A program made the translations under genes and the position numbers. The notes under the pieces are model-generated. The model had not been told where the DNA came from. It searched no databases and saw only the letters and a program-made list of their open reading frames with translations. A DNA stretch of 64,000 nt from Emiliania huxleyi CCMP1516 (Eukaryota), in assembly GCF_000372725.1 (NCBI RefSeq), contig NW_005201912.1:377711-441710 (forward strand). Reading direction: 5' to 3'. Below are positions 1 through 10,980 of the stretch, piece by piece; position 1 is the first letter of the stretch; each line of letters starts with the position of its first letter.

Positions 1-1026
1 CTCCCAGGCGTTTGTGGCCGGGTCGAATCGCTCTACCGTGGTAGCCGACCTTTCGGCCTCAGCCTCATCGTCATAAATCGTGCCGCCCACAGCGTACAGC
101 TTGCCGTCGAGCACCGCCACAGCGAGCCTGTTCCGTCCCGTCGCCATCGGCGCCACCGCCTCCCACACATTTGCAGCCGGATCGTACCTTTCGACCGAGC
201 TGAGGTAGCCGTCGTAATCGTCGTATCCGCCCACAGCATACAGCTTGCCGTCGAGCACCGCCACGCCGTGGGTACACCGCGGCGCCGCCATCGGCGCCAC
301 TGCCTCCCATGCGTTGGTTGCTGGGTCGTACCGCTCGACTGATCGGAGGCGGCTATCGTCATCGGATTCGCCGCCCACAGCGTACAACTTGCCGTCGAGC
401 ACCGCCACAGCGGAGGCCCCCCGCGCCGTCCCCATCGCCGCAACCGCCTCCCACGCGTTCAGCGCCGGGTCGTACCGCTCCACCGAGCTGAGGCCGTTGT
501 ATCCGCCGCCGAACCCGCCCACAGCGTACAGCTTGCCGTCGAGCACTACAGCTGCGAGATTTGCGCGAGTCGTCCCCATCGGCGCCACCGCCTCCCACGC
601 TTTTGTCGCCAAGTCGTACCGCTCCACCGAGGGGGACAGTCCGACGTTGCGCTCCACGCCGCCCACCGCGTAGAACTTGCCATCGAGCACCGCCGTGCCG
701 ATATACCTTCGTGGCGTCGGCATCGGCGCCACAGCGTCCTCCTCCCACTCATTTGTAGACGGGTCGTACCGCTCCAGTGAGTTGAGGAACTCGCCGTCGC
801 TGCCGCGGCCGCCGATCACGAGCAGGCGCGGCCGATCGCGCGTCTTCAGCGTCTCCTTCCAGCCGCGGCGCCACGCGCGGCACGTGCCCTTGATGGCGTG
901 CTCCTTGGTCGGCAGCTGGGCGAGGATGTGCGGGGCGAGGTCCGGCGAGAGGAGGACCTCGATGAAGGCGACGAATTGCTCTGGCGAGAGGCCAGAGAGG
1001 CGGGCGCCGATGCGGTGGGCGGCCAT
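1..1026 (-). CDS. Kelch-repeat protein with F-box-like N-terminus (3' end runs off the window)
   Basis: Open frame from ATG at 1026 to base 1 (absent from the ORF track because there is no stop). About 6 repeats of VAVLDGKLYAVGG...SVERYDPxxNAWEAVAPM; N-terminus LLSPDLAPHILAQL...TCRAWR. Confidence 0.9.
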   Translation of the reverse strand, partial: MAAHRIGARLSGLSPEQFVAFIEVLLSPDLAPHILAQLPTKEHAIKGTCRAWRRGWKETLKTRDRPRLLVIGGRGSDGEFLNSLERYDPSTNEWEEDAVAPMPTPRRYIGTAVLDGKFYAVGGVERNVGLSPSVERYDLATKAWEAVAPMGTTRANLAAVVLDGKLYAVGGFGGGYNGLSSVERYDPALNAWEAVAAMGTARGASAVAVLDGKLYAVGGESDDDSRLRSVERYDPATNAWEAVAPMAAPRCTHGVAVLDGKLYAVGGYDDYDGYLSSVERYDPAANVWEAVAPMATGRNRLAVAVLDGKLYAVGGTIYDDEAEAERSATTVERFDPATNAWE

Positions 1027-1139
1027 CGAGAGCAGTCCAGAAAGAATCTTACAACTCAACTCCCTCGCACAACACTGGGCACGGGACTGGCGCGCACTGG
1101 CACTAACAGAAAGAAAAAACCCGTGTTCGTGCAGGTTCT

Positions 1140-1770
1140 TTGTGGGTGTGGTCGGCGACTAGCCGGGGTCGTCCTCCCGATGGGGGACTAGCACTAGCCG
1201 TCTTCCACATGGTCCCTCGGGTCCCTGCTGCTCCTAATCTCTTCGTACATCCTCCTGCTGATCTCCGCAAAGAAAGTCCTGCTCCCTCCCTCGTCTCGCT
1301 CTGCGCGTCTGCTCCGCCTCACCGTCTTCTCCCCTTCTTGTATGCTTTGCACATCGCGTCGATTCCTTTTCGCGTGAGCACCAGCCTGAAGCCCGCCCAG
1401 CAGCTGAACCGCTCCCTAAGTCGAAGGAGCATCATCAGTCTCACCCACTTCGCTCTCTGCCCACTGTCTCCGCTCCCTCCCGCTTGAGCCGCCGTCGCGG
1501 CCCTCGTTCGTCCCACTGGCTGTTGGCCCGTCCCTGCGTTGCCTGCGTTATCCCTCCTCTGCGACTCCCTCAAGGCCGGCCGAGCCTCTTTCCACCCAGC
1601 GAAGAGCTTCCTCAGCCACTCGATGTGTTCCTCTCTCTTCATTATGCGCGCCTTAGCCTCATCATTGAGCCGGATCCACCTCTGCACCGCGCCCGTCGCC
1701 GCCTCGGCCACGACTTGCAAGTTCCTCGTGACCCCGGCGCCAAGGTCCCTCCGGCTCTTCTCAGTAGAGA
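1140..1770 (-). mobile_element. Possible 3' remnant of a non-LTR retrotransposon ORF
   Basis: Basic, intronless partial ORF (…EEHIEWLRKLFAGWKE…) with no good start, abutting an (ATTT)n tract at ~1777-1800. No diagnostic motif. Confidence 0.25.
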
Positions 1771-1975
1771 GGTGTCCGTTTTATTTATTTATTTATTTAA
1801 CGTCTTTACACATCAGCGGCGGCACCGCTCATGGCAGAGCGCCGCCCTCTCGCGGCTCTCACAAGCGAGTTTTCGCTAGACAGCCTGGCCACTCGTCCAT
1901 TAATTATGGCGCGCGTCTACCGAACAGTCTACGCGACCCGGTGTCTACCGGTAGACGGTAGACGGACCACCCCTC

Positions 1976-2097
<122 letters not shown>

Positions 2098-2455
2098 TTC
2101 ATTTTAGGGAAAAGGCTTGATTTCTGCCACAAATCAAGCTTTTACCTTTTTCGCCACTTTGATCAAAGCGGTTAGGATTACGCGCAACTGACCGACCGAT
2201 CGACCGACCGAATAAGCGAATATCGGAACCGGCCGAGCCGACTAACCCTGCGCCGGGGAGAGGGGGGGGGGGGAGAGCGGGAGAGACGCTGTTCACACCG
2301 TACGACTTATTTTTCATCGTGTCACGCCCGACACTGCGACACTGGGGCGAGTGCGCCCCTAGGTCGCAGCTACAGCAGCGCGCGGCAGAATCACGCGCCA
2401 AGGAACACGCCAACCCTTGTCAAGTGAGCCGAAACATTCTCACGCCGGCACAAGG

Positions 2456-2926
2456 CTAAACCTGTTCCATCGCCTCCGGAACGTCGTCGATCGTGTAATC
2501 GCGCTGATCCTCCCAAATAGGTTGCCAGACACAGCCGCAGCAGCCCTCATTATTCTCGAGACAGCCAACAAAGGTGCCAGAGTTGTCAAATGGTGGGGCC
2601 GCGCACCAAAACTCTTGCCCGTTGTTGTGTGCCGAATTGTTGCACTCTGCACAAGTCGTCTTGAACGTGAGCATTGCGCAGCAGCAAACGATCGGATAGC
2701 CCATCACGTGCGCGGCCACTTTGCCCGTTCCAGCGCCAAGTTCTTTTCCGCACTGCTGGCATGCGTCGTGATGATCATATCCGGGGTCGAAGTGTCTGTG
2801 GCCGTCGAAGCGGGTGGTTCCTTTCGCATGTTTGTAACACCACAACGGCAGGTATGTGCAGCGTACCAAGAAAAGGTAGAGCACCAAAATGCCCGCTGCG
2901 GCGGCAATGGTGGAGTTGTCGAACAT
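2456..2926 (-). CDS. Small Cys-rich protein with N-terminal TM/signal segment and HNH-like zinc finger
   Basis: MFDNSTIAAAAGILVLYLFLV (hydrophobic), then CQQCG…AAHV…TCAECNN. The ATG follows a polypyrimidine/CAG acceptor, so an upstream exon is likely. Confidence 0.6.
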   Translation of the reverse strand: MFDNSTIAAAAGILVLYLFLVRCTYLPLWCYKHAKGTTRFDGHRHFDPGYDHHDACQQCGKELGAGTGKVAAHVMGYPIVCCCAMLTFKTTCAECNNSAHNNGQEFWCAAPPFDNSGTFVGCLENNEGCCGCVWQPIWEDQRDYTIDDVPEAMEQV

Positions 2927-3149
2927 CTGTAGGGGGGAAGGTGCAGGGCGTGGAAGGAAAGAGGCGGCGGCAGTAGCAGCGGTGGAGGCGGCGCTGCGAC
3001 ACACAAGGAGGCGGCGGGGAGAAGGGGGGGCGGCGGGGAGAGGGGTGGTGGGTGTCGCCTTGTCGGGCGCGAAGCGCCGCTAGGACTGCCAAAGGAGGCG
3101 GCCGGAGGACGTCTAAGATTAAACTTAATTTTTCTTACTTACTTACCAA

Positions 3150-3610
3150 CGGTTGAGGTATGTTCTTGGCAGAAGGGAACCACATCGTAGATTCATCGTA
3201 CTCCATGTGCGAACCCGCCAACGATTTTTGCCCCTGGCGGGCGCCGCGGACCAGTTAGTTCCGCGAGCGCTCGTCAGCGGGTGGTGTGCGGTTCTTGCCG
3301 TAGTTCCTCTTCGGTCGCCTAGCCCCGGCGCCGTCTGTCGGACGCCTGCGTGTCACGAGTGCGAGCCGCTCGCGGTTCGTACGCCCGCTTGCGGGTTCGA
3401 GTGGCGGGCCATCCCGCTTGCGGGATGGCTTAGCGGGTTCGAACCGGCACACATTGGCTGCCGGGGTGTGCCGAGGGGGGGCTGGGTGGGCGGTAAGCCG
3501 TCATTGCCCGGCGCTGCTTGCAGCGCTCTGGGTGGTAGTGGCGGCGCTCCAAGAGTGGTGCTCTTGGGAAGAGGTTCCTCCTTTCTTTCCGCTCCCCCCC
3601 CGCAAGGCGC
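3150..3610 (+). ncRNA. Candidate structured RNA of unknown family
   Basis: Three perfect hairpins with gCUUGc tetraloops (cccg-cttg-cggg, gccatcccg-cttg-cgggatggc, gcgctg-cttg-cagcgc) plus further complementary segments. Confidence 0.35.
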
Positions 3611-3791
3611 GAGACACACACACGATTTTGTTTTGTTGACATGAAACGATAAACGCCCGTTGCGGCGCGCGAACGCAATGCTGCATCGTTCAGGCTCGCC
3701 TCCGTTTCGTCTTCAGTCTGACACACCGCGATCCCACCGGAAAAAGCGAAGGTTGTAAAAAAAAAATGCAGCAAGCAAGCTTCAAGCCCAA

Positions 3792-6700
3792 ATGGAGAGT
3801 CAAGCGTCCAGCTCGAACGCGGCATCCTGCTCAACTACAACCTGTTCGGCCGCTGCCGCCTGCTCGACCACGCCCTCCGACAACGTGCTCACCGACGACA
3901 ACCTGCTCGACATCATCCTCGGAATCCATCGAATCTGCGGCGACGCCTGGGACAGCCGTCGCTCCGTCAGCCACTCATTGCTGCGAACCCTCGATAGCCA
4001 GGTCATCACCTATGCGGATGGCGGCGCCGGCGCGGCGGCCCGCGCGGAGGTGGCCCTGTGCCGATTCCCCGCCCTTCGCGAGCTGCGCATTCGAGGCCTC
4101 GATGACTTGAAGCGGCTGCTTCCGATCCTCGCCAGCCGGCACTGCGCACAGGCCTGGCGGCTGCCTCACTCGAGGCTCTCGGCCGGCCTTCCGTCGCTCG
4201 GCCTTCCCTCTGTCGCGCCGCACGGCCGGATGGTCCGGCTGGAGCTCTCGGGCTGCGGCGCGCTCACCGACTCTGACCTCGAGAGCCTCGCCGAGGCGCT
4301 TCCGCAGCTCGAGGAGCTGCAGCTCTCCTGCAACGCGCAGCTGGTGCGGCCGAGGCTGGGCGGGCTGCGCAGGCTGCGCGTGGCGGCGCTGTACATCTGC
4401 GCCACGCTTCAGGACGGCGCCGTCGACGACCTCTGCCGCGGCTCCCCTCTCCTCCGCGAGCTCTCCGTGTGGCGCTGCTCGGTCTAGTGCTGCCCTCTAG
4501 TGCTCACCTCTAGTGCTCACCTCTAGTGCTCACCTCTAGTGCTCACCTCTAGTGCTGCCCTCTAGTGCTGCCCTCTAGTGCTGCCCTCTAGTGCTCACCT
4601 CTAGTGCTGCCCTCTAGTGCTCACCTCTAGTGCTCACCTCTAGTGCTCACCTCTAGTGCTCACCTCTAGTGCTCACCTCTAGTGCTCACCTCTAGTGCTC
4701 ACCTCTAGTGCTCACCTCTAGTGCTGCCCTCTAGTGCTCACCTCTAGTGCTCACCTCTAGTGCTGCCCTCTAGTGCTCACCTCTAGTGCTCACCTCTAGT
4801 GCTCACCTCTAGTGCTCACCTCTAGTGCTGCCCTCTAGTGCTCACCTCTAGTGCTCACCTCTAGTGCTCACCTCTAGTGCTCACCTCTAGTGCTCACCTC
4901 TAGTGCTGCCCTCTAGTGCTCACCTCTAGTGCTCACCTCTAGTGCTCACCTCTAGTGCTCACCTCTAGTGCTCACCTCTAGTGCTCACCTCTAGTGCTCA
5001 CCTCTAGTGCTCACCTCTAGTGCTCACCTCTAGTGCTCACCTCTAGGCGCTGCGCCGGCCGAGCCTCGCGGCGCCGCAGCTCAAGCAGCTGAACGTCTCC
5101 GAGTGCTTCGAGCTGACGGAGGAGGCGCTGGTGGGCGCGCTGCGGCGATGTCCTGCCCTGGTCAACCTCCTGGCGGCGGGGTGCCCTCTCCTCCGCTCCC
5201 CGCGCCTCTCCGGCTCGCGCCTGAAAGAGCTCGACCTCTCCGCCAACACGTTGGGCGACGAGACACTGACCGCCGCCTGCGCCGCCGCGTCATCGCTGGA
5301 GCGACTCGACGTCAGCCACTGCCGCAGCCTGCAGTCGCCCACTCTCGGCGAGAGGGGAGACACCTCCGCCCGCTCCTCGCGAGACGGCCTCCGAGGAGCC
5401 TTCTCGGAACTGTCCTGTAGGGGGGGAGATGCTCCGCTCGCTGATCGCCACCGGCTGCGACGGGTGAGCCACGGCCCACACCCTTGGCCCCGCCCTGCTG
5501 CGCGTGCGTGGAGACGTCTGCCCTCGCCCCCCGCCCTTGCCTCACCTGCCCTCCCCTCGCCTCCCCTTCTCTCTCCTCTGCCTCGCCTCCCGCGCCTCCC
5601 GCCCTTGCCTCACCTGCCCTCCCCTTCTCTCTCCTCTGCCCCCCCTCCCTCGACAGGCTGACCGACGAGGCGGTGAGCGGGCTGTGTACACGCTCACCGC
5701 GCCTGGCTACCCTCCGCCTCTCCCTCTGCCTCTCGCTCTGCCGGCCGACGATCCGCGCGCCGCTGCTCTCCGAGGCACACCTCAGCGGCTGCTCGGCGCT
5801 GCAGGACTCGACGCCTGAGCCAGTCGCCGGGATCCCTTTTAGAGCATCCCTGACGCCCCCCCCTCTCGCGGCTGCTCGGCGCCCGCAGGACGCGGCTGCG
5901 GCGGAGCTCTGCGCGAACAGCCCCCACCTGCGGAGGCTCGGCCTCGCCCTCTGCTCCTCGCTCCGCTCGCCCGCCCTGCGCCACGAGGCACTGCTGCGGC
6001 TCGACCTCTCCCACTGCGCGCGGCCCGAGATCGCCCGGCCCGCGAGATCGCTCGAGCTCGGCCCGCGAGATCGCTCGAGCTCGGCCCGCGAGATCGCTCG
6101 AGCTCGGCCCGCGAGATCGCTCGAGCTCGGCCCGCGAGATCGCTCGAGCTCGGCCCGCGAGATCGAGAGGACGACGGAGGCGGGACCGAGCTGGCCGGGG
6201 CTGGGCGTAGGCGGAGCCCTGCTCGAACCCGAGATTGGAGGCCGGTGCTGATTAGCCGAGAGTGGCCCGAGATTGACCCGAGATTGACCCCGAAATGGTC
6301 GAGGCCGAGGCTGGCCCGAGATGGTGCGAGGCCGAGGGCGGCGGCGCCCCTCGCACCTCACGCCGCGGGCTGCTAGTCTGGAAAAGTGCGCTACGAGCCC
6401 GCCGTCACGAGCAGGCGCCGAGAAGAGAATAGAAGAGAAGAGAGGAGAGTCCGCCGTCACGAGCAGCGAAGAGAAGAAGGGGGAAGAGAAGAGAGGAGAG
6501 TCCGCCGTCACGCGCAGGCGCCTCTCGCACCTCAAGCTCGCGGGGTGCGCGGCGCTGCTCGACGCGGCGCTCGAGCGCGCGTGCGTCCGCTCGCCGAGGC
6601 CGCGCAAGCTCGCCGTCGCCCCCGCCGACGAGATTGCGCGAGGCTGAGCGAGGCTGGCCGGGGGGGTAGGCTGCGCAAGCTCGACGTCTCGCGCTGCACC

Positions 6701-7004
6701 GCGCTCGAGGCGCCGTCCCTCGCTTGCCCCGCCTTGGAGGCGCTCTCGCGTGCGCCGGTCTGAGGCAAGGAGCGCGGCGTATCCAGCGACGACTGTCCGG
6801 GCACGTGACGCGCAGGTGCCCCCCCCCCCCCCTGGCGTGCGCCGGTCTCGAGTTGAGGCGAGATCACCCGAGATCACCCGAGATCACCCGAGATCACCCG
6901 AGATGAACAGGTGCTCGCGTGCGTCGGTCTCGAGCCGGAGGCGTTGGCGGCGCTTCGCCTGTCCGAATGGTTCCCGGCGCTCTCCAAGGCGACCGCGGCT
7001 AGAA

Positions 7005-7071
<67 letters not shown>

Positions 7072-7181
7072 ACACCACACACCCGCACACACACAGACAC
7101 ACCTATGGCGCGTGCATTGGCCCAAAGCCGCCCGACCCCGCCACCACCTGCGCTGCCCAGGTCAAGGGCATGGACTGCTGA
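3792..7181 (+). CDS. Leucine-rich repeat protein (AMN1/FBXL-type, cysteine-containing LRRs), multi-exon
   Basis: Repeats such as LELSGCGALTD, LNVSECFELTE, LDVSHCRSL, LKLAGCAALLD across exons. Intron 4482-5046 (GT-AG) restores the frame WRCS|ALRRP. Last exon VKGMDC* ends at 7181. Confidence 0.8.
4483..5046. repeat. 13-bp minisatellite (CTCTAGTGCTCAC/CTCTAGTGCTGCC)n filling intron 1 of the LRR gene
   Basis: About 43 units, seen directly. Confidence 0.97.
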
Positions 7182-7837
7182 GCCGGCGAGGAGGTTTTCG
7201 AAGAGCTCTCGAGCTGAGTGACCTTGCAGGCCGACCAGCAGCAGCTACGAAGGTGCGCCGCCCTCACCGCCCGACACACCCACCCACGCCACTTGCCATG
7301 CGCGCCTCTCCCCTATCCCACCACGCCACGCCTCTATACCACACTCCACACCAGCACTGCACACCACAATCCCGCGGGCCCTGACGTGCTTGTCAGCACC
7401 GGGGCCCATTTTTATTCTCTTGGAACTCGGCGGCGCCGCCGCTGAGTTTTTCGTGCGCGATGTTTCCGCTTTGTCAACCACTGTTCGATCTCGTCCAGCT
7501 GAGAACTGACAACTGTGCGCTGTGCGCGGAGCGAAGACGGTGAGAACGAGCAACGAGCACGGAGAGCAGCGGCCTCAGCTACAACGTACAAGCAGCGAGC
7601 AGGGAAGCCGACATGCGGCGCTTGTGCGGCTGCGGGATGCGGCGGGGAGAGCGGCATTGCCATTGGTTTTGCACGCGCACGCGCGGCACGGGGCACGCGC
7701 CCCCAGTCCGTACGGACTACGGTACGTTACCTCGCTGTGTGTGTGTGTCGTGCCTGTCGGAGAGCTATCTCGGTTTTAGCCCCTTTTACCCCGTAATTGC
7801 CAAAAAACCTCGATGTAATATCACACACGGCCGGCCG

Positions 7838-8497
7838 CTACGTTTCGTGGCCGAGCAGGCTCGGCAGGCGGCCGCTCGCCTCCAGCGCCTCAAAGCCGGG
7901 TGAGGCGGCCAGGCAGAGCCCCGGCTCCCCCGAGGGCATGTCCCCGTCGGTGAAGCCGCCGACGCACCGCCCGCCGACCCAGACAGAGGGCATGGACGTC
8001 CTCCCGGTCGCGGCGGCTATGGCCGCGCGCAGCGCCTTGCCATCCCTCCCGCGCGCCTCAAGCTCAATCGTGCGCACGCTGCCTGCCGGCAGCCACGCCT
8101 CATTCCCCTCGATGGCGGCGAGCCGCTCCTTGGCGAGGAGGCACCACGGGCAGTCGACAAACGAGAAGAGGACAACCTGCGACGAGGCCACCTCCTCGAG
8201 GAGCCGCTGCCGCCAGCAGACCGCGTTGAACTCCGAACCAGCCGCCTCGACGATGCGATCCACTTTCCAGCCGCCAATGTGCTGCTGCTCCGCCTTCATG
8301 AAGTTGGCGACCGCTTGGCCGGCGCCGCTGCGTGCGAAATCGAGCTTGAGCGAATCCGGAGCAGCCGCCATCGGCGTGCCCTTGAGCATGTGCAGGGCCA
8401 CGTCGCCCTCGATGTGCTTCTTGTGCAGCGCGGCGACGCCATCGGAGGCGGAGAACCATTCGAAAAAGGCCTTTGTGAGAGAGAAGGCGACTGCCAT
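7838..8497 (-). CDS. Glutaredoxin-domain protein (CPWC)
   Basis: VVLFSFVDCPWC…TGRTSMPSVWVGGRCVGGFTD…LEASGRLPSLL are the glutaredoxin CxxC, TxP and GG motifs. Confidence 0.85.
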   Translation of the reverse strand: MAVAFSLTKAFFEWFSASDGVAALHKKHIEGDVALHMLKGTPMAAAPDSLKLDFARSGAGQAVANFMKAEQQHIGGWKVDRIVEAAGSEFNAVCWRQRLLEEVASSQVVLFSFVDCPWCLLAKERLAAIEGNEAWLPAGSVRTIELEARGRDGKALRAAIAAATGRTSMPSVWVGGRCVGGFTDGDMPSGEPGLCLAASPGFEALEASGRLPSLLGHET

Positions 8498-8589
8498 TTC
8501 TTTGAATGAAACACTGCCACCGCCGCCGCTTCTGCCCTTCCTACCAAAACGCGAGGTTGCGGCGTCGAAAACAAAAAAATGCCGGAGGG

Positions 8590-8770
8590 CCAACCCTCGG
8601 AGACCCGTGTTTACTCTACGGCCCTTGTCCTGCGAACGCGCACCCCCAGGGCTAGGGCTCTCTTGCCCGCAACCCGATGCCAATCATCCGGCCCGCTGGG
8701 TGCGCTTCTTAGCTCCCCGGCCCTGGATGGATGTGCGGTTACTCACTGCACTCCAAGTGCTCCAAGGTGG
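8590..8770 (+). mobile_element. Dispersed repeat family 1, copy A (non-autonomous element)
   Basis: aaccctcggagacccgtgtttact…gcccgcaacccgatgccaatcatccgg…gcactccaagtgctccaag is nearly identical to 14195-14370 (inverted) and to 63945-64000. Confidence 0.8.
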
Positions 8771-9769
8771 TCTCTTGGTTCCGGCTCCTAGCCAGATAGG
8801 GGGTCTGTTGACCATGACTCGCGCCAAAACGCCCTACCTACCTACCTATCCTCAGGCCGCGTAGCGAAGCGAAAAGAGACGAAAATAGGGCAGTCATAAA
8901 TGATCCCCATGCCCGTTCGGGCGGCTTCCATTTCGGCAGGTACTAGTAGTGTACCTCCGATTAGCGGTAAAAAGTAGACGTGCAAAAAACCGTGACGCAG
9001 TGCGCGTATAGTGTCGGCTCCTGTCACCTGTGTCAGGTAGTTGCCCATTAGGTATCACTGTGTTATCGCGCGCCTTGCTGGCCGCCGTAATGGAGCTCCG
9101 CCGCGAGCCGCAGCGGTGGCCTCGCGTCCCAATCGTCGCATGAGTGATTCCCATTGCTCTGGATCGCCTCGCTCACCAGGCTGGTGACGCTCGGCAGCTT
9201 GTCCAGGCCGTAGCCCCAATACATCCACTCCCCTTGTCTGTCATTGTCGATAAAAACGGATCGCATCGTCGAGCCTCCATTCTTGTGGACGTGCCGGTCG
9301 ATGGCAAAGGAGCACGCGGGAGGCGGCACGCGCACGAGGCCCGCCATTGACACCACGCGCGCACGCGCGCGCGCGCTCTGCCTGCGTGGCGCGCGCTGCG
9401 AGTCGAGCGATGTCGCGATGTGTTGGAGAGCGAAGCGCCCGCCCTCGACGTTAGAGACGACTCTCCCAACTGTGAACAGTCGTTATCTGTATATGCGCAG
9501 CTATTCATAGCCGCGCCTGTTGTTTGTGTGTGTGTGTATCCGCGCTCTTGGCGCGATTACGAGAGTGACTAGTGTGTCGCACTAGTTGTACTTTTCGTAA
9601 CAGTATTCCGCATTCATTGCGAGGGCGGACCACTCCTAGCGTGCAGACCGCGGGAGCTGGTGCCGCGGCCAGTGTATACCTGGCCTGCGCTGTGACGCGC
9701 GCGGTCTTAACCTCCAATTCTTTTCCCCCTTGGGAATCGTTTCTTGCGTGCGGGCCGCGGGCTGTGGGC

Positions 9770-10525
9770 CAATGCCGACGGCACGAACGCTGTTCCGCAT
9801 AGCGGTGCTCGATGGCAAGCTCTACGCGGCGGGCGGCAGGAATGAGGCTGCCGTCATCCTCAACCTGGTGGAGCGGTACGACTTTGCTACGAAGAGGTGG
9901 GAGGCGGTGGCGCCGATGGCGACGCCACACGTGGGTCACGCCCTTTCGGTGCTCGATGGCAAGCTGTATGCAGCGGGCGGGCGGGATGCCAACTATCACG
10001 CCCTCAGCTCGGTCGAGCGGTACGACCCGGCCACGAACGCGTGGGTGGCGGGCCGACGAGGCGGAGGCGCGGTGGAACTCGGGCATGGCGGTGCTCGACG
10101 GCAAGCTGTACGCTGTGGGCGGCGAGAACGCCGACGGCCGCCTCAGCTCAGTGGAGCGGTACGATCCCGTGACGAACGCGTGGGAGGCTGTGGCGCCGAT
10201 GGCGGCCGAGCGGATTGCTTCCGCCGTCGCGGTGCTAGACGGCAAGCTGTACGCTGTTGGCAGGTATGGCGGCGGCTTCCTCAGCTCGGTCGAGCGGTAC
10301 GATTCGGCGCTGGATGCGTGGGAGGCGGTGGTGCCGATGATGGCGGCTCGGGACGATTTCGCCGTCGCGGTGCTCGAAGGCAAGCTGTACACTTTGGGCG
10401 GGTGCAACGACGACGACAACGGCATCCTCGGCTCGGTCGAGCGGTACGACCCGGAGTCGGATGTGTGGGAGGCGGTGGCGCCGTTGGCGACGGCGCGGGG
10501 CTATCCCGTAGCTCTCTTGATGTAG
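9770..10525 (+). pseudogene. Kelch-repeat paralogue, 5'-truncated and frameshifted
   Basis: Kelch repeats switch frame near 10050 (AWVA… / …EARWNSGMAVLDGK). It lacks the N-terminal domain of the 1-1026 copy. Confidence 0.7.
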
Positions 10526-10980
10526 ACGACTGTTTCGGGCGCGCGCGCGCACAACACACGACGAGAGCGAAAGTTGGAATACGGGGTAGCGGACCCTGAG
10601 TTGCACAGGGGTTGTATGCGCCAGGCCCTCCTGCTCGGCTCCAGCGAGTACACAAGTGTTGTCCTTCGCAACAGAGTAAAGAAAAAGCGGTGACCACAAT
10701 AATGAAAAATACAATAATGTGAACTCTACACAGACGACACATACTTTGCGTAGAGCTCTACCCACATGGCACATGCGTCTCACACTCATGGCATGGGCCA
10801 TGACCATGCGGGCCTGTGTGACGTGCGACCGTCTGTATGTGTGCTCCGCTCGCAGAGCGCGCTCCAAGAGGTGGAGCCACCGTCTGTGTGGCAATTGGAC
10901 AGTGGGCTACAGAAAGGGGGGCAAAGCGCAGCAATTGCGGAGGCCGCAGCTCAGCACGCGTCGAGAGCAGCGCCTCAACA

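Noticed and set aside
9063..9356. 97-aa minus-strand ORF
   Set aside because: Short, start uncertain and no recognisable motif; cannot be supported.
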